In this document: in pieces, positions 15,240 through 31,408 of the stretch | Numbering within the stretch: position 1 is the first letter of the stretch | How the letters are laid out: every line of letters starts with the position of its first letter | Assembly (NCBI GenBank): GCA_951406725.2 | Contig: OX597823.1 | Span: forward strand, 84,444,001-84,508,000 | DNA from: Octopus vulgaris | Lineage: Eukaryota | Direction of reading: 5' to 3' | DNA length: 64,000 nucleotides | Notes under the pieces: model-generated | The model's database searches: none | Seen by the model: only the letters and a program-made list of their open reading frames with translations | What the model was told of the DNA's origin: nothing | Program-made: the position numbers and the translations under genes

Positions 15240-16246
15240 TTTCAAATCTTGGCACAAGGCTAACACTTTTGAGGAAGGGGCTAATTCGATTACATCGACC
15301 CAAAGTGGTACTTATTTTATCGACCACGAAAGGATGAAATGCAAACTCACCCTCGACGGAATTTGAACTCAGAGCCTAAAGATCAACGAAATGCCCCGAA
15401 GTATTTTGCCAGGTTTGCTAACGATTCTTTTCTACTCTTGGCACAAGGCCCGAAATTTTGGGGGAGGGGACAAGTCGATTAGATCAATCCCACTAGCGGA
15501 ACTGGTACCTAATTTATCGACTCCGAAAGGATTAAATGTAAAGTCGGCCTCGGCGTAATTTGAACTCAGAACATAAAGAAAGACGAAATTCCTTTAAGCA
15601 TTTCACCCGAAGTTCTAACGTTTCTGCCAGCTCGCCGCCTTATATATATTTCTTTATTGCCAACAAGGGACTACACACAGAGGGGACAAACAAGGACAGA
15701 CAAATGGATTAAGTCGATTATATCGACCCAGTGCTTAACTGGTACTTAATTTATCGACCATGAAAGGATGAAAGGCAAAGTCGACCACGGCGGAATTTGA
15801 ACTGAGAACGTAAAGACAGACGATATACCTATTGCTTTACTACCCACAAGAGGCTAAAGATAGAGTGGACAAACAAGGACAGACAAACGGATTAAGTCGA
15901 TTATATCGACTCCAGTGCGTAACTGGTACTTATTTAATCGACCCCGAAAGGATGAAAGGCAAATTCGACCTCGCCGGAATTTGAACTGAGAACGTAGCAG
16001 TAGACGAAATACTTATTTCTTTACTACCCACAAGGGGTTAAACACAGAGAGGACAAACAAGGAAAGATTAACGGATTAAGTCGATCATATCGACCCCAGT
16101 GCGTAACTGGTACTTATTTAATCGACTCCGAAAGGATGAAAAGCAAAGTCGACCTCGGCGGAATTTGAACTCAGAACGTAACGGCAGACGAAATACGGCT
16201 ACGCATTTCGCCCGGCGTGCTAACGCTTCTGCCAGCTCGCTGCCTT
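15240..16246 (-). mobile_element. Cluster/tandem array of SINE family A units
   Basis: About five repeats of ggtacttatttaatcgaccccgaaaggatgaaaggcaaagtcgacctcggcggaatttgaactcagaacgta. Confidence 0.9.
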
Positions 16247-16325
16247 ACAGTTTCTATCTATCTAATTATTATGCTAACGACGTATATGTGTTTGTGTGAG
16301 CACATTTACATGGTTCCTATATATA

Positions 16326-16685
16326 GTGGAGACGCAATGGATCAGTGGTTAGGGCAGCGGACTCGCGGTCGTAAGATCGAGGTTTCGATCCCCAGACCAG
16401 GCGTTGTGAGTGTTTATTGAGCGAAAACACCTAAAAGTTCCACAAAGCTCCGGCAGGGGATGATGGCGAACCCTGCTGTACTCTTTCACCACAACTTTCA
16501 TTCTTTCTTCCTGTTTCTGTTGTATCTGTATTTCAAAGGGCCAGCTTTGTCAGACTCTGTGTCACGCTGAATCTTCCCGAGAACCACGTTAAGGGTACAC
16601 CTGTCTGTGGAGTGCTCAGCCACTTGCACGTAAATTTCACGAGCAGGCTGGAACCCTCGTCGTCGTAACCGACAGATTGCCACGA
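16326..16685 (+). mobile_element. SINE with family C head and family D 3' domain
   Basis: Head as at 12566. Tail tgtatttcaaagggccagc...ctggaaccctcgtcgtcgtaaccgac as in family D. Confidence 0.85.
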
Positions 16686-16714
16686 TATGTATATATATAT
16701 ATATATATACATAT

Positions 16715-17025
16715 TAGGAGCACTCCGTCTGGTTATAACGAGGGTCCCAGCTGATACGATCTACGGAGCAGCTTGCTCGTGAACTTACCGAGAGCAATTC
16801 ACAGAACCGTGAACCCCTAACATAGTCCTCAGGGAGATTCAGCATAACACAGAGGGTGACAAAACTGGCCCTTCGTAATACAAGTACTACTCATATTTGC
16901 CAGCTGAGTGGACTGGAGCAACATGAAATAAAGTGTCTTGCTCAAGGACACAATGCGTCACCAAGATTTGAACTTATGACATTACAATCGCGAATCGAAT
17001 ACACTAACCACTAAGCCACTCGCCT
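16715..17025 (-). mobile_element. tRNA-derived SINE family D
   Basis: Minus strand: ggcgagtggcttagtggttag ... gtgtccttgagcaagacactttatttca ... ccagtccactcagctggcaaa. Confidence 0.85.
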
Positions 17026-17057
17026 TTATATTTACATATACATACATACATACATAT

Positions 17058-17113
<56 letters not shown>

Positions 17114-17356
17114 TATATATATCATATATACATACACACACGTATATATATATTTCTATATATATACATAAATACATACACATACACACACACATACACA
17201 CACACATATATATATATATATATGTCTGTATATGTATGTGTATATATACATACATATACGTATATATGCATATATGCATACATATATAGATAAGCATGTG
17301 TGCATACGTATGAATATATAAAGTTATATATGTGTACGTATAAATATATATGCACA

Positions 17357-17388
<32 letters not shown>

Positions 17389-17706
17389 CACTCTCACACA
17401 CACACACATATATATATATATCTATGTGTGAGTGTATATTTACATATTTATGCATATATTATATAGTTATACATATTTATGTAAAGTATTTAAATTTGTG
17501 TGTGTTTATAAGTTAGTATTTATTAGCTTTTAGAAGTAAAACTTTGACAATGATTTCGAAGTTTCGGTTAACTCACCGTCATCAGACTGGTTCAAATCGA
17601 ACAAGCTTTCTATACATACATATATACATAGAGACATACACAGACACATCTAAATATACAGTCATACATACATACACACACATACACCCGCCCCCAACAT
17701 ACACAT

Positions 17707-17756
<50 letters not shown>

Positions 17757-17864
17757 CTACATATATGACTGGCCGAAACTTGGAAGTCACTTGCAATAAC
17801 ATTGTTTAGAATAATAAATATGTACTCTATAAATGTAAAATTGTTTTTATTTTAAAGGGTAAAG

Positions 17865-18085
17865 GTAATAGGTAAAGACCCTCTTCGGTTATGAATGACC
17901 TAGGGAACGTAACTAGAAAGTTACCCACCGAGGTACAAGTCCAACAATGTTGTTTATGGAAGATCAACAGTCACTAATGCATACCAGATTTCCCTCCCCA
18001 TGCTAGCGATGTTACCCAAGGGAAAGGCGAAGCCCGGTACAGCTTGGCACCAGTAATGTCACAACTCATTTCCACATCTGACGAA
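17865..18085 (-). mobile_element. SINE family E, 3' part
   Basis: Homologous to 19127-19330 (gaaagttacccaccgagg, agcttggcaccagt). Confidence 0.75.
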
Positions 18086-18427
18086 ATAAAATGACGGAGG
18101 TCAAATCCCACATGAGAAGTGATCATTGTACAAGAATTTCGCTAGATAAATCGTAGATAATAATGGCGTGAATGCCACTGAGAAACACAGAAAGAGGATG
18201 TAATTAATGAATTTACCGTTATATTATCCGTAATCAATAACAATTATACCCAGCAATACCGTAATATCTAATAATTTGTAAGATTATATGTATTTCTCTC
18301 GGAGCGTAAGAGAACATATTGAGTTCTTTCACAATAGTAATATCATATACATAAAATGCAGTCATTTAAAATTCACACAGATTATCAATAAATGGATACA
18401 CACAGGTTTATACACATACAAATACAT

Positions 18428-18482
<55 letters not shown>

Positions 18483-18489
18483 CACACAC

Positions 18490-18781
<292 letters not shown>

Positions 18782-18784
18782 AAA

Positions 18785-19003
18785 GAATTGCAGCGTGGAA
18801 GTTGTTTAAAAGCCATTTAAAAAAAACGCACAAAAAAACCGTTAAAATCGCTTCAAATTTAATATATTTTTGTCGCTTTGAAACAGCGACCTGTTCACAG
18901 ACAAAATATTTTGGCAAAAATTAAATTTAAATGTTGAAATCAATCTAACTCTTTTAGTGTGTTTTTTTTTTAATGGTTTAGAAGCACCTTCCACGCTGCA
19001 ATT
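18785..19003. repeat. Fold-back / MITE-like element
   Basis: aattgcagcgtggaag...ccatttaaaaaaa and tttttttaatgg...cttccacgctgcaatt are inverted arms. Confidence 0.75.
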
Positions 19004-19126
19004 ATTTTTGTTTCTGTATACGATCTCAGATCAAGTCACTTGCTATGCAAGTACATCTCTCTTTCTCTCTCTCGCTATATATATATATATATATACATAT
19101 ATGCATATGTGTGTGTGTGTGTGTAA

Positions 19127-19460
19127 AGGGTAACCCACATTTTGTGAATGACCATGGGGTTGCACTTAGAAAGTTACCCACCGAGGCACAAGTTCGGGCA
19201 AGGTTGTTTATGGAAGACCAGCGGTCGCTCATGCATACCAGCCTCCCCGCTTCACGCCACCGATAATATCAAAAGGAAAGGCAACCGCCGATAAAGCTTG
19301 GCACCAGTGACATCGCTACTGATGCCTACAGCTGAGTGTTAAGGAGTAACGTGAAATAAAGTGTCTTGCTCAAAAACACAACCCACAACCCGGTCCAAGA
19401 ATCGAACTCGCTACATCTCGATTGTGATCCCGACGCTCTAACCACTGAGCCATGCGCCTT
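19127..19460 (-). mobile_element. tRNA-derived SINE family E, full length
   Basis: Minus-strand head aaggcgcatggctcagtggttagagcgtcgg...gagttcgattc. Shares gagcaagacactttatttcacgtt with family D but has a distinct tail. Confidence 0.85.
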
Positions 19461-19991
19461 AACCTAATTTTCTTATAACTGAATAAAAAAAACAAACATT
19501 CTCATATCTTTTATCTCTCACTTGCTTCTATCATTACACTGCGGCCATACTGGAGCAACGCATTGAACAATGTATTCAGTCGAATGAATCAACCCTAGTA
19601 CTTACCTTCTACACGCTGGTACCTGTTTTGTCGATCCACTTCACCGAATCACTAAGTTACAGTGGCATAAATACACCAACACCAGTTATCAAGCAATGGT
19701 GGGGTACTAACACAGACACAAAGACACACAGACACACAGAGACATACATACATACAAACAGACAGTCAGACACATACACACACATGTACATGTATGTGTG
19801 TGTGTGTGTATATATATATATGTACAATAGCCCTAGAAATAAAGCTGTATTTGCATATTCTAAACGTGAATATAAATAAAATTGGAAAGACATACATACA
19901 TGTGTGTGTGTGTATGCGTGTATATATATGTGACTGCAAATGAAGTTATATAAGGTGGGATCTAAAATAAAGATATGATTTTCTTGGTACG

Positions 19992-20023
<32 letters not shown>

Positions 20024-20042
20024 GGTGCAGGGGAGCCTACAG

Positions 20043-20935
<893 letters not shown>

Positions 20936-20988
20936 AAATACATATATATACACATCCATTTATACATATATATATATACACAAATGCA

Positions 20989-21051
<63 letters not shown>

Positions 21052-21479
21052 GTTTATACATTGATGAGCTTTATACGTTTTCATGCGTTGTCCAAATTGT
21101 TGTTATCTGCCCGTAGACCAAGTGATCGGAATCCCTAAGGTTAATCGTGTATTACTTTTGTCCAAGAAATCTCAAATGTCGCAGACTTAAGCTCAGACAG
21201 CTTAATGACCTCATCATCCACATGTCAGGGTCATATTTATGACAAATCCTAACCTGCCGTTCTTCGCGCGTTTTTGATTTTTATGTAATTATTCATAAAT
21301 ATTTTACGAGTCAGTGGTTGTTGTTCGCTGGTAGATTTGGCTATCATTTCTAGCAAGTAATGTGATAATACATATTAACCCCATAAATGAGTGTGTGTGC
21401 GTGCGTAAACATATGTACTCATACTCATACACACGCGCACACACAGACACAAACACACATTTATATGTACATACCTAAT

Positions 21480-21515
21480 TGTATGTATGTATGTATGTAT
21501 GTATGTATGTATGTA

Positions 21516-21559
<44 letters not shown>

Positions 21560-21722
21560 CATAAAATAAACATATATATATATGTAAGTATAAATATGTA
21601 CATACATAATTGTATGTATATATTATGTATATTATATATATATATATATAATATACATAATATATACATACATATATATATATATGTATATATATATGTA
21701 TATACATATATATACATATATA

Positions 21723-21756
<34 letters not shown>

Positions 21757-22067
21757 TATGTATGTATATATATATATATATGTATATATATAAGATAGAT
21801 AGAAAGATAGATAGGTAGATGGATATAGATAGTTAGATAGATCGATAGATAGATATGCATATTTCTGAATATATGTACACACACACGCGCGACCACAATC
21901 ACGTTCACGTACATATTTGAAAGATATAAATACGCACTTATATATATAAATACAGTTGCGTTAAGTTATGAGTGTGTGTACTTTGTTAGAATGCATTTAA
22001 ATTCATTCATGAATGAGCATACACACACACTCACATACATAGATACATACATACATATGTGTGTGTG

Positions 22068-22112
<45 letters not shown>

Positions 22113-22142
22113 ACATACATACATATATATATATATATATGC

Positions 22143-22174
<32 letters not shown>

Positions 22175-22179
22175 TATGT

Positions 22180-22211
<32 letters not shown>

Positions 22212-22426
22212 GCATATATATATATATATAATATATATGTATACATACATATATATATATATATATTTTCATTTTCATCATTTTCATTTTATCTAGTTTC
22301 AGCTCACGACCTGTGGCCATGCTGGGGCACTGCCATTATATATATGTATACACACACACCCATATATATATATACACACCCATATATATATATATATCTA
22401 TATTCACATATATACATAAATATATA

Positions 22427-22462
<36 letters not shown>

Positions 22463-22522
22463 TAATATGTATATATATATATATACACATAGACATATAT
22501 ACATATATGTATATATATACAA

Positions 22523-22561
<39 letters not shown>

Positions 22562-22579
22562 CATACACACACATATATA

Positions 22580-22613
<34 letters not shown>

Positions 22614-22631
22614 CATACACATCTAAACACA

Positions 22632-22670
<39 letters not shown>

Positions 22671-22680
22671 ATATATGTAT
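21480..22680. repeat. Compound (TA)n/(TATG)n/(CA)n microsatellite region
   Basis: Direct reading. Confidence 0.9.
22290..22337 (-). mobile_element. Isolated 3' tail of the CR1/L2-group LINE (extreme 5' truncation)
   Basis: tctagtttcagctcacgacctgtggccatgctggggcactgccat matches 40760-40804. Confidence 0.75.
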
Positions 22681-22919
22681 AGCTATGACTATATAGATGG
22701 CTAGATCGATAGATAAATACAGATATACACAAGCTCACATAAACATACACACACAAACACACACGTACATATATGCTCATGTATACACCTCCTCTTTCTC
22801 TGTCACGCTGTCGCACACATGCAAGAACCTTATATTTACCCCTATGAACATTATGTATGTATGTATGTAATTGTGTGTGTGTGCGTGCTTGCGTGTGCCT
22901 GACTATACATATATTCTTT

Positions 22920-23124
22920 ATTTTCTTTTATTTGTTTCAGTCATTTGACTGCGGCTATTCTGGGGCACCGCCTTTTCTGGAAGAAATCGACGTCAGGATT
23001 AATTCTTTTGTAACCCTAGTACTTATTCTATCGTTCTATTTTGCCGAAGCGCTAAGTTACGAGGACATAAACACACCAACATCGGTTGTCAAGCGATGGT
23101 GGGGGAGACAAACACAGACACATT

Positions 23125-23155
<31 letters not shown>

Positions 23156-23330
23156 ATGTATATATATATATATATATATACCACGGGTTTCTTTCTGTTT
23201 CCGTCTACCAGATCCACTGACAAGGCTTTGGTCGGCCGGTGCTATAGCAAAAGACACTTACCCAAGGTGACCCACAGTGGGACTGAACCTGGTACCATGT
23301 GATTGATAAACAATTTACTAACCACATAAT
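22920..23330 (-). mobile_element. SINE family B
   Basis: Reverse-complement match over head, body and tail. Confidence 0.85.
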
Positions 23331-23904
23331 TTGTATATACAATACTATGTATGTACGTATGTATGTATGTATGTATGTATGTATGTATGTATGTATGTAT
23401 GTATGTATGTATGTATGTATGTATGTATGTATGTATGTATGTATGTATGTATGTATGTATGTATCTATATATGTATATGTACATATATACATACATATAT
23501 ACATATGTATATGTATGAATGTCTGTATCTATCTATTTATATATACATATATACATACATATATACATGCATATATACATATGTATATGTATGTATATGT
23601 ATGTATGTATGTATCTATCTATCTATCAATATATATATATATATACGTATGAACATAAATATATATATGCATATATATGTGTATATACATACGTATATAT
23701 ATATATATATACATGTATATGCATATATATATATACATAGCATAAATATATGTATATATATATATATACATGCATATATATATGTATACATACACACACA
23801 CATGTATAAATAATGCATTCGTACACAAATGCGTTCATAGATTCATGAGATTCATGCATACAGAGACAGAAGGACCGACAGCAATGTATAAATTTTTGAG
23901 TGTG

Positions 23905-23976
<72 letters not shown>

Positions 23977-24279
23977 GGAGAGAGGGAGCGGGGAATGAAG
24001 AGAGTGGATAGTTACACGGACTTTTGGGCCCAACTCTCATAGGATCGGCTATTCGGTTTTCTTGTCGTATAAATGACCAAAGTCACAATAGTCCCTCCGC
24101 CGATTTGCTGCACGATTCGAGTGAATTTACTTTATGGAGAGCGAAAGGACGAAAGACAAAATAGAGCTTGGCGTGACTTGAAATCATAACGTAAAAATGC
24201 TGCTAACCATTTTGTCTGAGGTGTAAACCCATCTACAATCTCACCTGTTATATGCATATGGCATATCTGTCCGCTTAAG

Positions 24280-24885
24280 TTGGCGAGCTGGCAGAAACAT
24301 TAGCACGCCGGGCGATATTGCCTAGCGGTATTTCATCTGCCGCTACGTTCTGAGTTCAAATTCCGCCGAGGTCGACTTTGCCTTTGATACTTTCGGGGTC
24401 GATAAATTAAGTACCAGTTACGCACTGGGGTCGATATAATCGACTTAATCCCTTTGTCTGTCCTTGTTTGTCCGCTCTGTGTTTAGCCCCTTGTGTGTAG
24501 TAAAGAAATAGGTATTTCATCTGCCGCTACGTTCTGAGTTCAAAATCCGCCGAGGTCCACTTTGCCTTTCATCCTTTCGGAGTCGATTAAAAAAAGTACC
24601 AGTTACGCACTGGGGTCGATATAATCGACTTAATCCCTTTGTCTGTTCTTGTTTGTCCGCTCTGTGTTTAGCCCCTTGTGTGTAGTAAAGAAATAGGTAT
24701 TTCATCTGCCGCTACGTTCTGAGTTCAAAATCCGCCGAGGTCGACTTTGTCTTTGATCCTTTCGGAGTCGATTAAATAAGTACCAGTTACGCACTGGGGT
24801 CGATATAATCGACTTAATCCCTTTGTCTGTTCTTGTTTGTCCTCTCTGTGTTTAGCCCCTTGTGGGTAGTAAAGAAATAGGTATA
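24280..24885 (+). mobile_element. SINE family A tandem trimer (period about 184 bp)
   Basis: ggtatttcatctgccgctacgttctgagttcaaa recurs at about 24327, 24511 and 24696. Only the first unit carries the 5' head. Confidence 0.9.
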
Positions 24886-25033
24886 TCTGTCCGCTTGTGA
24901 TCAAGGAAGACAGTCATTGAACAATTAAGAACTTTGTGCACTCTGATAAAATTATATTTTACAATTGTGGGCTCGTCTGATAACTAATGAGCTCAGCTCT
25001 TGATAAATGTACACTCCTGCGGATATTGTAGAC

Positions 25034-25641
25034 CAGAGGTTCTCTAACTTTTGAGACCACCGCCCCTCACATGGCCACATTATACCCTCAGCGCTCCCAT
25101 CCCTATTTTTATGTATAAATAAATATTTTATTTCGTTTTTGGATTTTGTTTGCAAGATTCTTCATGTGAGTTCGTGTGTTGAAGCATATTCTGTTGTGTC
25201 TGGGGTGAGTCATTCTCTTTCGGTGCCTTATAATTTTACACGCTTACCGGTAAAATTTCCACTTAGTAAAACATAAAAAAATAAAATAAAAATAAAAGTA
25301 TAAATAGAAATAAGTGGAAATTTTACCGGTGAATGTGTTAAATTATAAGATACCGAAAGAGAATGACTCTCCCCAGACACAACTAAATATTTTATATTTT
25401 GCTAATTTATATATACTATGATTCATTTGATATTTAATATACTATTATATATATAATTTGTATGCAATACTATAATAATATTATAAATTTATAGCGCCCC
25501 AAATCCGCTGACTTCTTCCCAGTGCCTTATTTTTCTCTACTGACCCCAACCACACACGCACTGCTCCCTTAGACACTAGTGCCCACCCGGACCCTCTCAA
25601 CGCCTACCGGGGGGCGGTAGCGTTCACTTTCAGAACCTATG
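25034..25641. mobile_element. hAT (Charlie/Buster-like) MITE with 8-bp TSD
   Basis: TIR cagaggttct / agaacctatg; TSD ttgtagac at 25026-25033 and 25642-25649. Confidence 0.85.
25120..25392. repeat. Fold-back element nested in the hAT MITE (second copy at 61150-61392)
   Basis: About 75-bp inverted arms gttgtgtctgggg...taccggtaaaatttccactta / taagtggaaattttaccggt...ccccagacacaac. Confidence 0.8.
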
Positions 25642-25674
25642 TTGTAGACCAAGCTCTACTACGCCATTCACTAC

Positions 25675-25985
25675 AGGCACTCCGTCTGTTACGACGATGA
25701 GCACTCCAATTGATCCGATCAACTGAACGGCCGGCTCGTGAAATTAACGAGTAATTGGCTGAGTACACCACAGACAACGTAGTTCCCAAGTAGATTCAGT
25801 ATGACACAGGATATAACATTGTTGGTCTTTTGGATTACGGGCACAGTTTATTTTTGCCGTCTCAGTGGAGTGGAGCAACGTGAAATAAATTGCTTTGACC
25901 ATGGTTACAACGCGCAGTCAGTAATCGAACTCATGGCCTTAAGCTCGTGAACCGAATATCCCTAACCACTAAGCCACGTGACTTC
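25675..25985 (-). mobile_element. SINE family D (diverged)
   Basis: Homologous to 16715-17025. Confidence 0.75.
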
Positions 25986-26333
25986 ATTCCGTTCATTCAC
26001 TGCTACTACTTTGGATCCCTAAGCGGATGCTATACTGTGGAAAGCGAACCCACTCCCGTCAGCAAAATCCAAGACAACGACTTAACGATTGTATAAAGTT
26101 TTCGTTGAAGGCAGACGTGATATGGGAGGTGAATAGGGAAAGCCCGTTATCACCAATGGAGCAAAGAAGCAAAAGATGGAGTGGGTATTCTATGTATATA
26201 TACATATATATACATTGTTATATTTAGGATTGGTCATTTTGCCAGTTTAGCTAATAAAAACACATGCACTATATATTTGGTGTTACTTTGCTTCAGCGTT
26301 ATTTACTTTTTACATTAATCTTAATCTTATTTC

Positions 26334-26378
26334 GGCCAGAGTTCTTTCGCCACGCTCCTGTGACCTCATCAGTAGTCC
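26334..26378 (-). ncRNA. Minimal type I hammerhead ribozyme motif
   Basis: Minus: ggacta-CTGATGA-g-gtcac-aggagc-gtggc-GAAA-gaac-TC-tggcc. Host element 26215-26385 has a partial second copy at 40470-40600. Confidence 0.6.
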
Positions 26379-26521
26379 TTTGCTTTCTTCTTTATATATA
26401 TATATATATAGATAGATTGATAGAAATGGTAAGACGACAAAAGAATGAAAGAAACCTCGATATTATGTAAATAAAGGAATTTATCTGTAAATATAATATG
26501 TGACAATTATTCGGTAGCCAT

Positions 26522-26582
26522 GATAAAACTCCGAGTTTCGGATATCGGGGCGGAAACCCACGCCGCCATCTCTTCAGTTATC
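26522..26582 (-). ncRNA. Type I hammerhead ribozyme motif, canonical core
   Basis: Minus: gataa-CTGAAGA-[gat..gcgg..ccgc..atc]c-GAAA-ctc-g-gag-TT-ttatc. Perfect 5-bp stem I; predicted cut after GUU. Confidence 0.7.
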
Positions 26583-26637
26583 CGGCCATCGAAAAAGTGC
26601 TATGAAAAAGACCGTTAAACAAAGGGAAATTACTGTG

Positions 26638-26689
<52 letters not shown>

Positions 26690-27580
26690 ACACACAGACA
26701 CACAGACAGGATAGAGAGTCTGAATGTGTGTGTGTGCGTGTGTGTGTACACTAGCGTCTTGAAAATATGAGCATGGGAAAGGGCGAGATGGTCATACCTG
26801 GAAAGTCTATTATTATAAATCTGCAATGAGCTGCAAAGGGATGAAAGGGAAGCTGAGCAGTCACTCGAACGGCTAGAAATAGCCGGGAAATCTCTTGCAA
26901 AACGAACTCTACTCTCTTTAAAAATAAAGGCCATTTTGTCGTAGTATCTTTCGAATTTCGCCAGGATGTTCACAGCAGGAACGCCTATTTAACTGGAAGT
27001 TGCTTTGTCAAGTTAATCTTTGATCAATAACAACGAAGGGCTCTGTAGGTGATAGGTTGACTTGTTAGAATAAGTAGATTAGCTCACTCAAATGAAACCT
27101 TTGTATCGCAAAAAAGGACTTATTCATTTCCATATTGGCAGATATTGGCTAAAATATTTTCATAATAGACCTACACATAGTAGAAGTAATAACCTATGTC
27201 ACCTTTAAAATACATATCCTTCAGATTTTAAAGGGCAGAATATATTGCAAGACATTCTAAGAAGACAAAATAGTCAGAACTGTCAACACGCTATCTTACA
27301 GATAGCGTGGTAAGGCTAATTGAGCACATGCAAAGCTGTCACTGTGCCTGTGTGTGCATGTGTGTGTGTATATGTGTGTGTGTGTCTGTTTGTCTGTCGC
27401 CATGTATGGGCATATTAACCTATACACACATATACATACATTATGCAAATACATATTTACTTACATTCACCTATGTGTTAGAATATATGTATATATATAC
27501 ATACATATATATATATTCATATACATACAGACATATGTATATATATATATATATAATAAATACATATATGCATATACACA

Positions 27581-27707
<127 letters not shown>

Positions 27708-27771
27708 TTACTTATATGCAGATACATACACATATATTAGAATGATATAAATACATCTGTGTGTATGAATT

Positions 27772-27848
<77 letters not shown>

Positions 27849-27911
27849 GATAGATAGATAGATAGATAGATAGGTAGAGATATATATGTTATATATACAC
27901 TTGCATGTATT

Positions 27912-27962
<51 letters not shown>

Positions 27963-28339
27963 CCAAGTACACTCGAACACAGACACACACGTTTCGATAA
28001 TGAGAGAGAGCCTTTAATTACACAAGCGTTATACGACTGTCTAAAATTAATGTTTGACATTTGGAGATAATAAATGTACCGCGTCGAACAGACAAGTGAG
28101 ATAACGTTCGAGTGTAACACTGTTACATGTATATCGTTCATTGCACCTCATCTTGTCTCTTGTAGAGGCCTAATGAAAGGAATCAAACGTGCGCGCGCGC
28201 ACATGCGCACGCACACATACACACACGCACGCACGCATGCATACACAGGTACTCACAGATACACACGCATACATACTCACGCACAGACATACGCACGTAA
28301 ACAGAAATACATAGACAAATACGCGTGAATAACTACATA

Positions 28340-29620
<1,281 letters not shown>

Positions 29621-30076
29621 TATATAGCAGAAGCAAGAGAGTGATTCAAAGGCAGAGAGTTTCGTGCACACACACACACCCACAGCCATAAATATCTGGC
29701 TATATATGCATACATGAGTGTGTGTGTGTGTGCATGTGCCTGCTTGTATATTTCTATTAAAAACTTGCTTATCCGAACCACTTCAATGTCAGGCCCCGTG
29801 CTTATTAGTAGAAAGGATTATTGTATCTTTCGTGCTATAAGCAGAGGGGCTGTAATTGTTAGGTAGGGTTACTAGTCAATTACACCGACACCCGTGCTCA
29901 AATTGGACTTAATTAAAATCTTAGCACAAGGACAACGATTTTCAGAGGACGGAGTTAAGCCGATTACATAGCCGTCAACACATAGCTGGCACATTATTTA
30001 ATTGACTCTGCTAGGATAAAAGGCGACTTTGATATCGGCGGAATCCGAACTCTGGAGGTAAAAATCCAAAGGAAAA

Positions 30077-30312
30077 AGGCAGTGAGCTGGTAGAATCGTT
30101 AGCACGCCGGGCGAAATGCTTAGCGGTGTTTCGTCTGCCGCTACGTCCTGAGTTCAAATTCTGCCGAGGTCCACTTTGCCTTTCATCCTTTCGGGGTCAA
30201 TTAAATAAGTACCAGTTATGCACTGGGGTCGATATAATCGACTTAATCCGTTTGTCTGTCCTTGTTTGTCCTTCTCTGTGTTTAACCCCTTGTGGGTAGT
30301 AAAGAAATAGGT
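30077..30312 (+). mobile_element. SINE family A with about 20-bp TSD, inserted in an older antisense family A copy
   Basis: aggtaaaaatccaaaggaaa at 30056-30075 and 30309-30328. Confidence 0.9.
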
Positions 30313-30689
30313 AAAAATCCAAAGGAAATACCGCCACTTATTTTAAGTCAACGTCCTAACGGTTCTACCACCGTAGCGGGTAGGCTTTCTGATTTAATTA
30401 GAAAGCTAGTAGTTATAAAGGGAGTGACTCCGTAGGTATGAAAGGCAAAGTTGGGCGATCTTTCGGAGATGGTGTATCAAAACTGAAATTATTTGTTCGG
30501 TATACCTTTTTATACCGCAATACCTTTTTTTTTTTCATCTTTCTTTCGAGCTGAATCCTAAGGGTTTGCGGTTTGTTTTTTAGCATGTATGTATGTATGT
30601 ATGTATGTATGTATGTATGTATGTATGTATGTATGTATGCATGTATGTGTTTATACGTGTGTATGTAGTATATGTATTTGTGAATGTAA

Positions 30690-30753
<64 letters not shown>

Positions 30754-30974
30754 GCATGTGTTTACGCACATGTATGCATACTTATGTACGTATATATAGT
30801 TGTGTATGTATATGTATCTGTTCATGTACATGAATGTACATGAATGTACATGAATGTATACTTGGGTATATATACATACATATACTCGCATACGCAAATA
30901 TAGATACGTATATAGAGATAAACATATACACATATACACAAAAAATACATAAACATAATCAAGTTACTCAAGTC

Positions 30975-31408
30975 TTTTACTTGTTTCAGCCATGTAACTG
31001 CGGCCATGCTGGAGCACCGCCTTTAGTCGAGCAAATCGACCCCAGGACTTATTCTTTGTAGGCCTAGTACTTATTCTATCGGCCTCTTTTGCCGAACCGC
31101 TAAGTTACCGGGACGCAAACACACCAGCATCGGTTGTCAAGCGATGTTTGGGGGAGGGGACAAATACAGACACACAAACATATACATACATACATACATA
31201 CATACATGCATACATACATACATACTATATATATATATATATATATACAACGGGCTTCTTTCAGTTTCCGCCCACCAAATCCACTCACAAGGTTTTGGTC
31301 GATCCGAGGCTATAGTAGAAGACACTTGCCCAAGGTGCCACGCAGTGGGACTGAACCTGGAACCATGGGGTTCGTAAGCAAGCTACTTACCGCACACCCA
31401 CTCCTAGC
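30975..31408 (-). mobile_element. SINE family B, full length
   Basis: Reverse-complement match. Confidence 0.9.
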
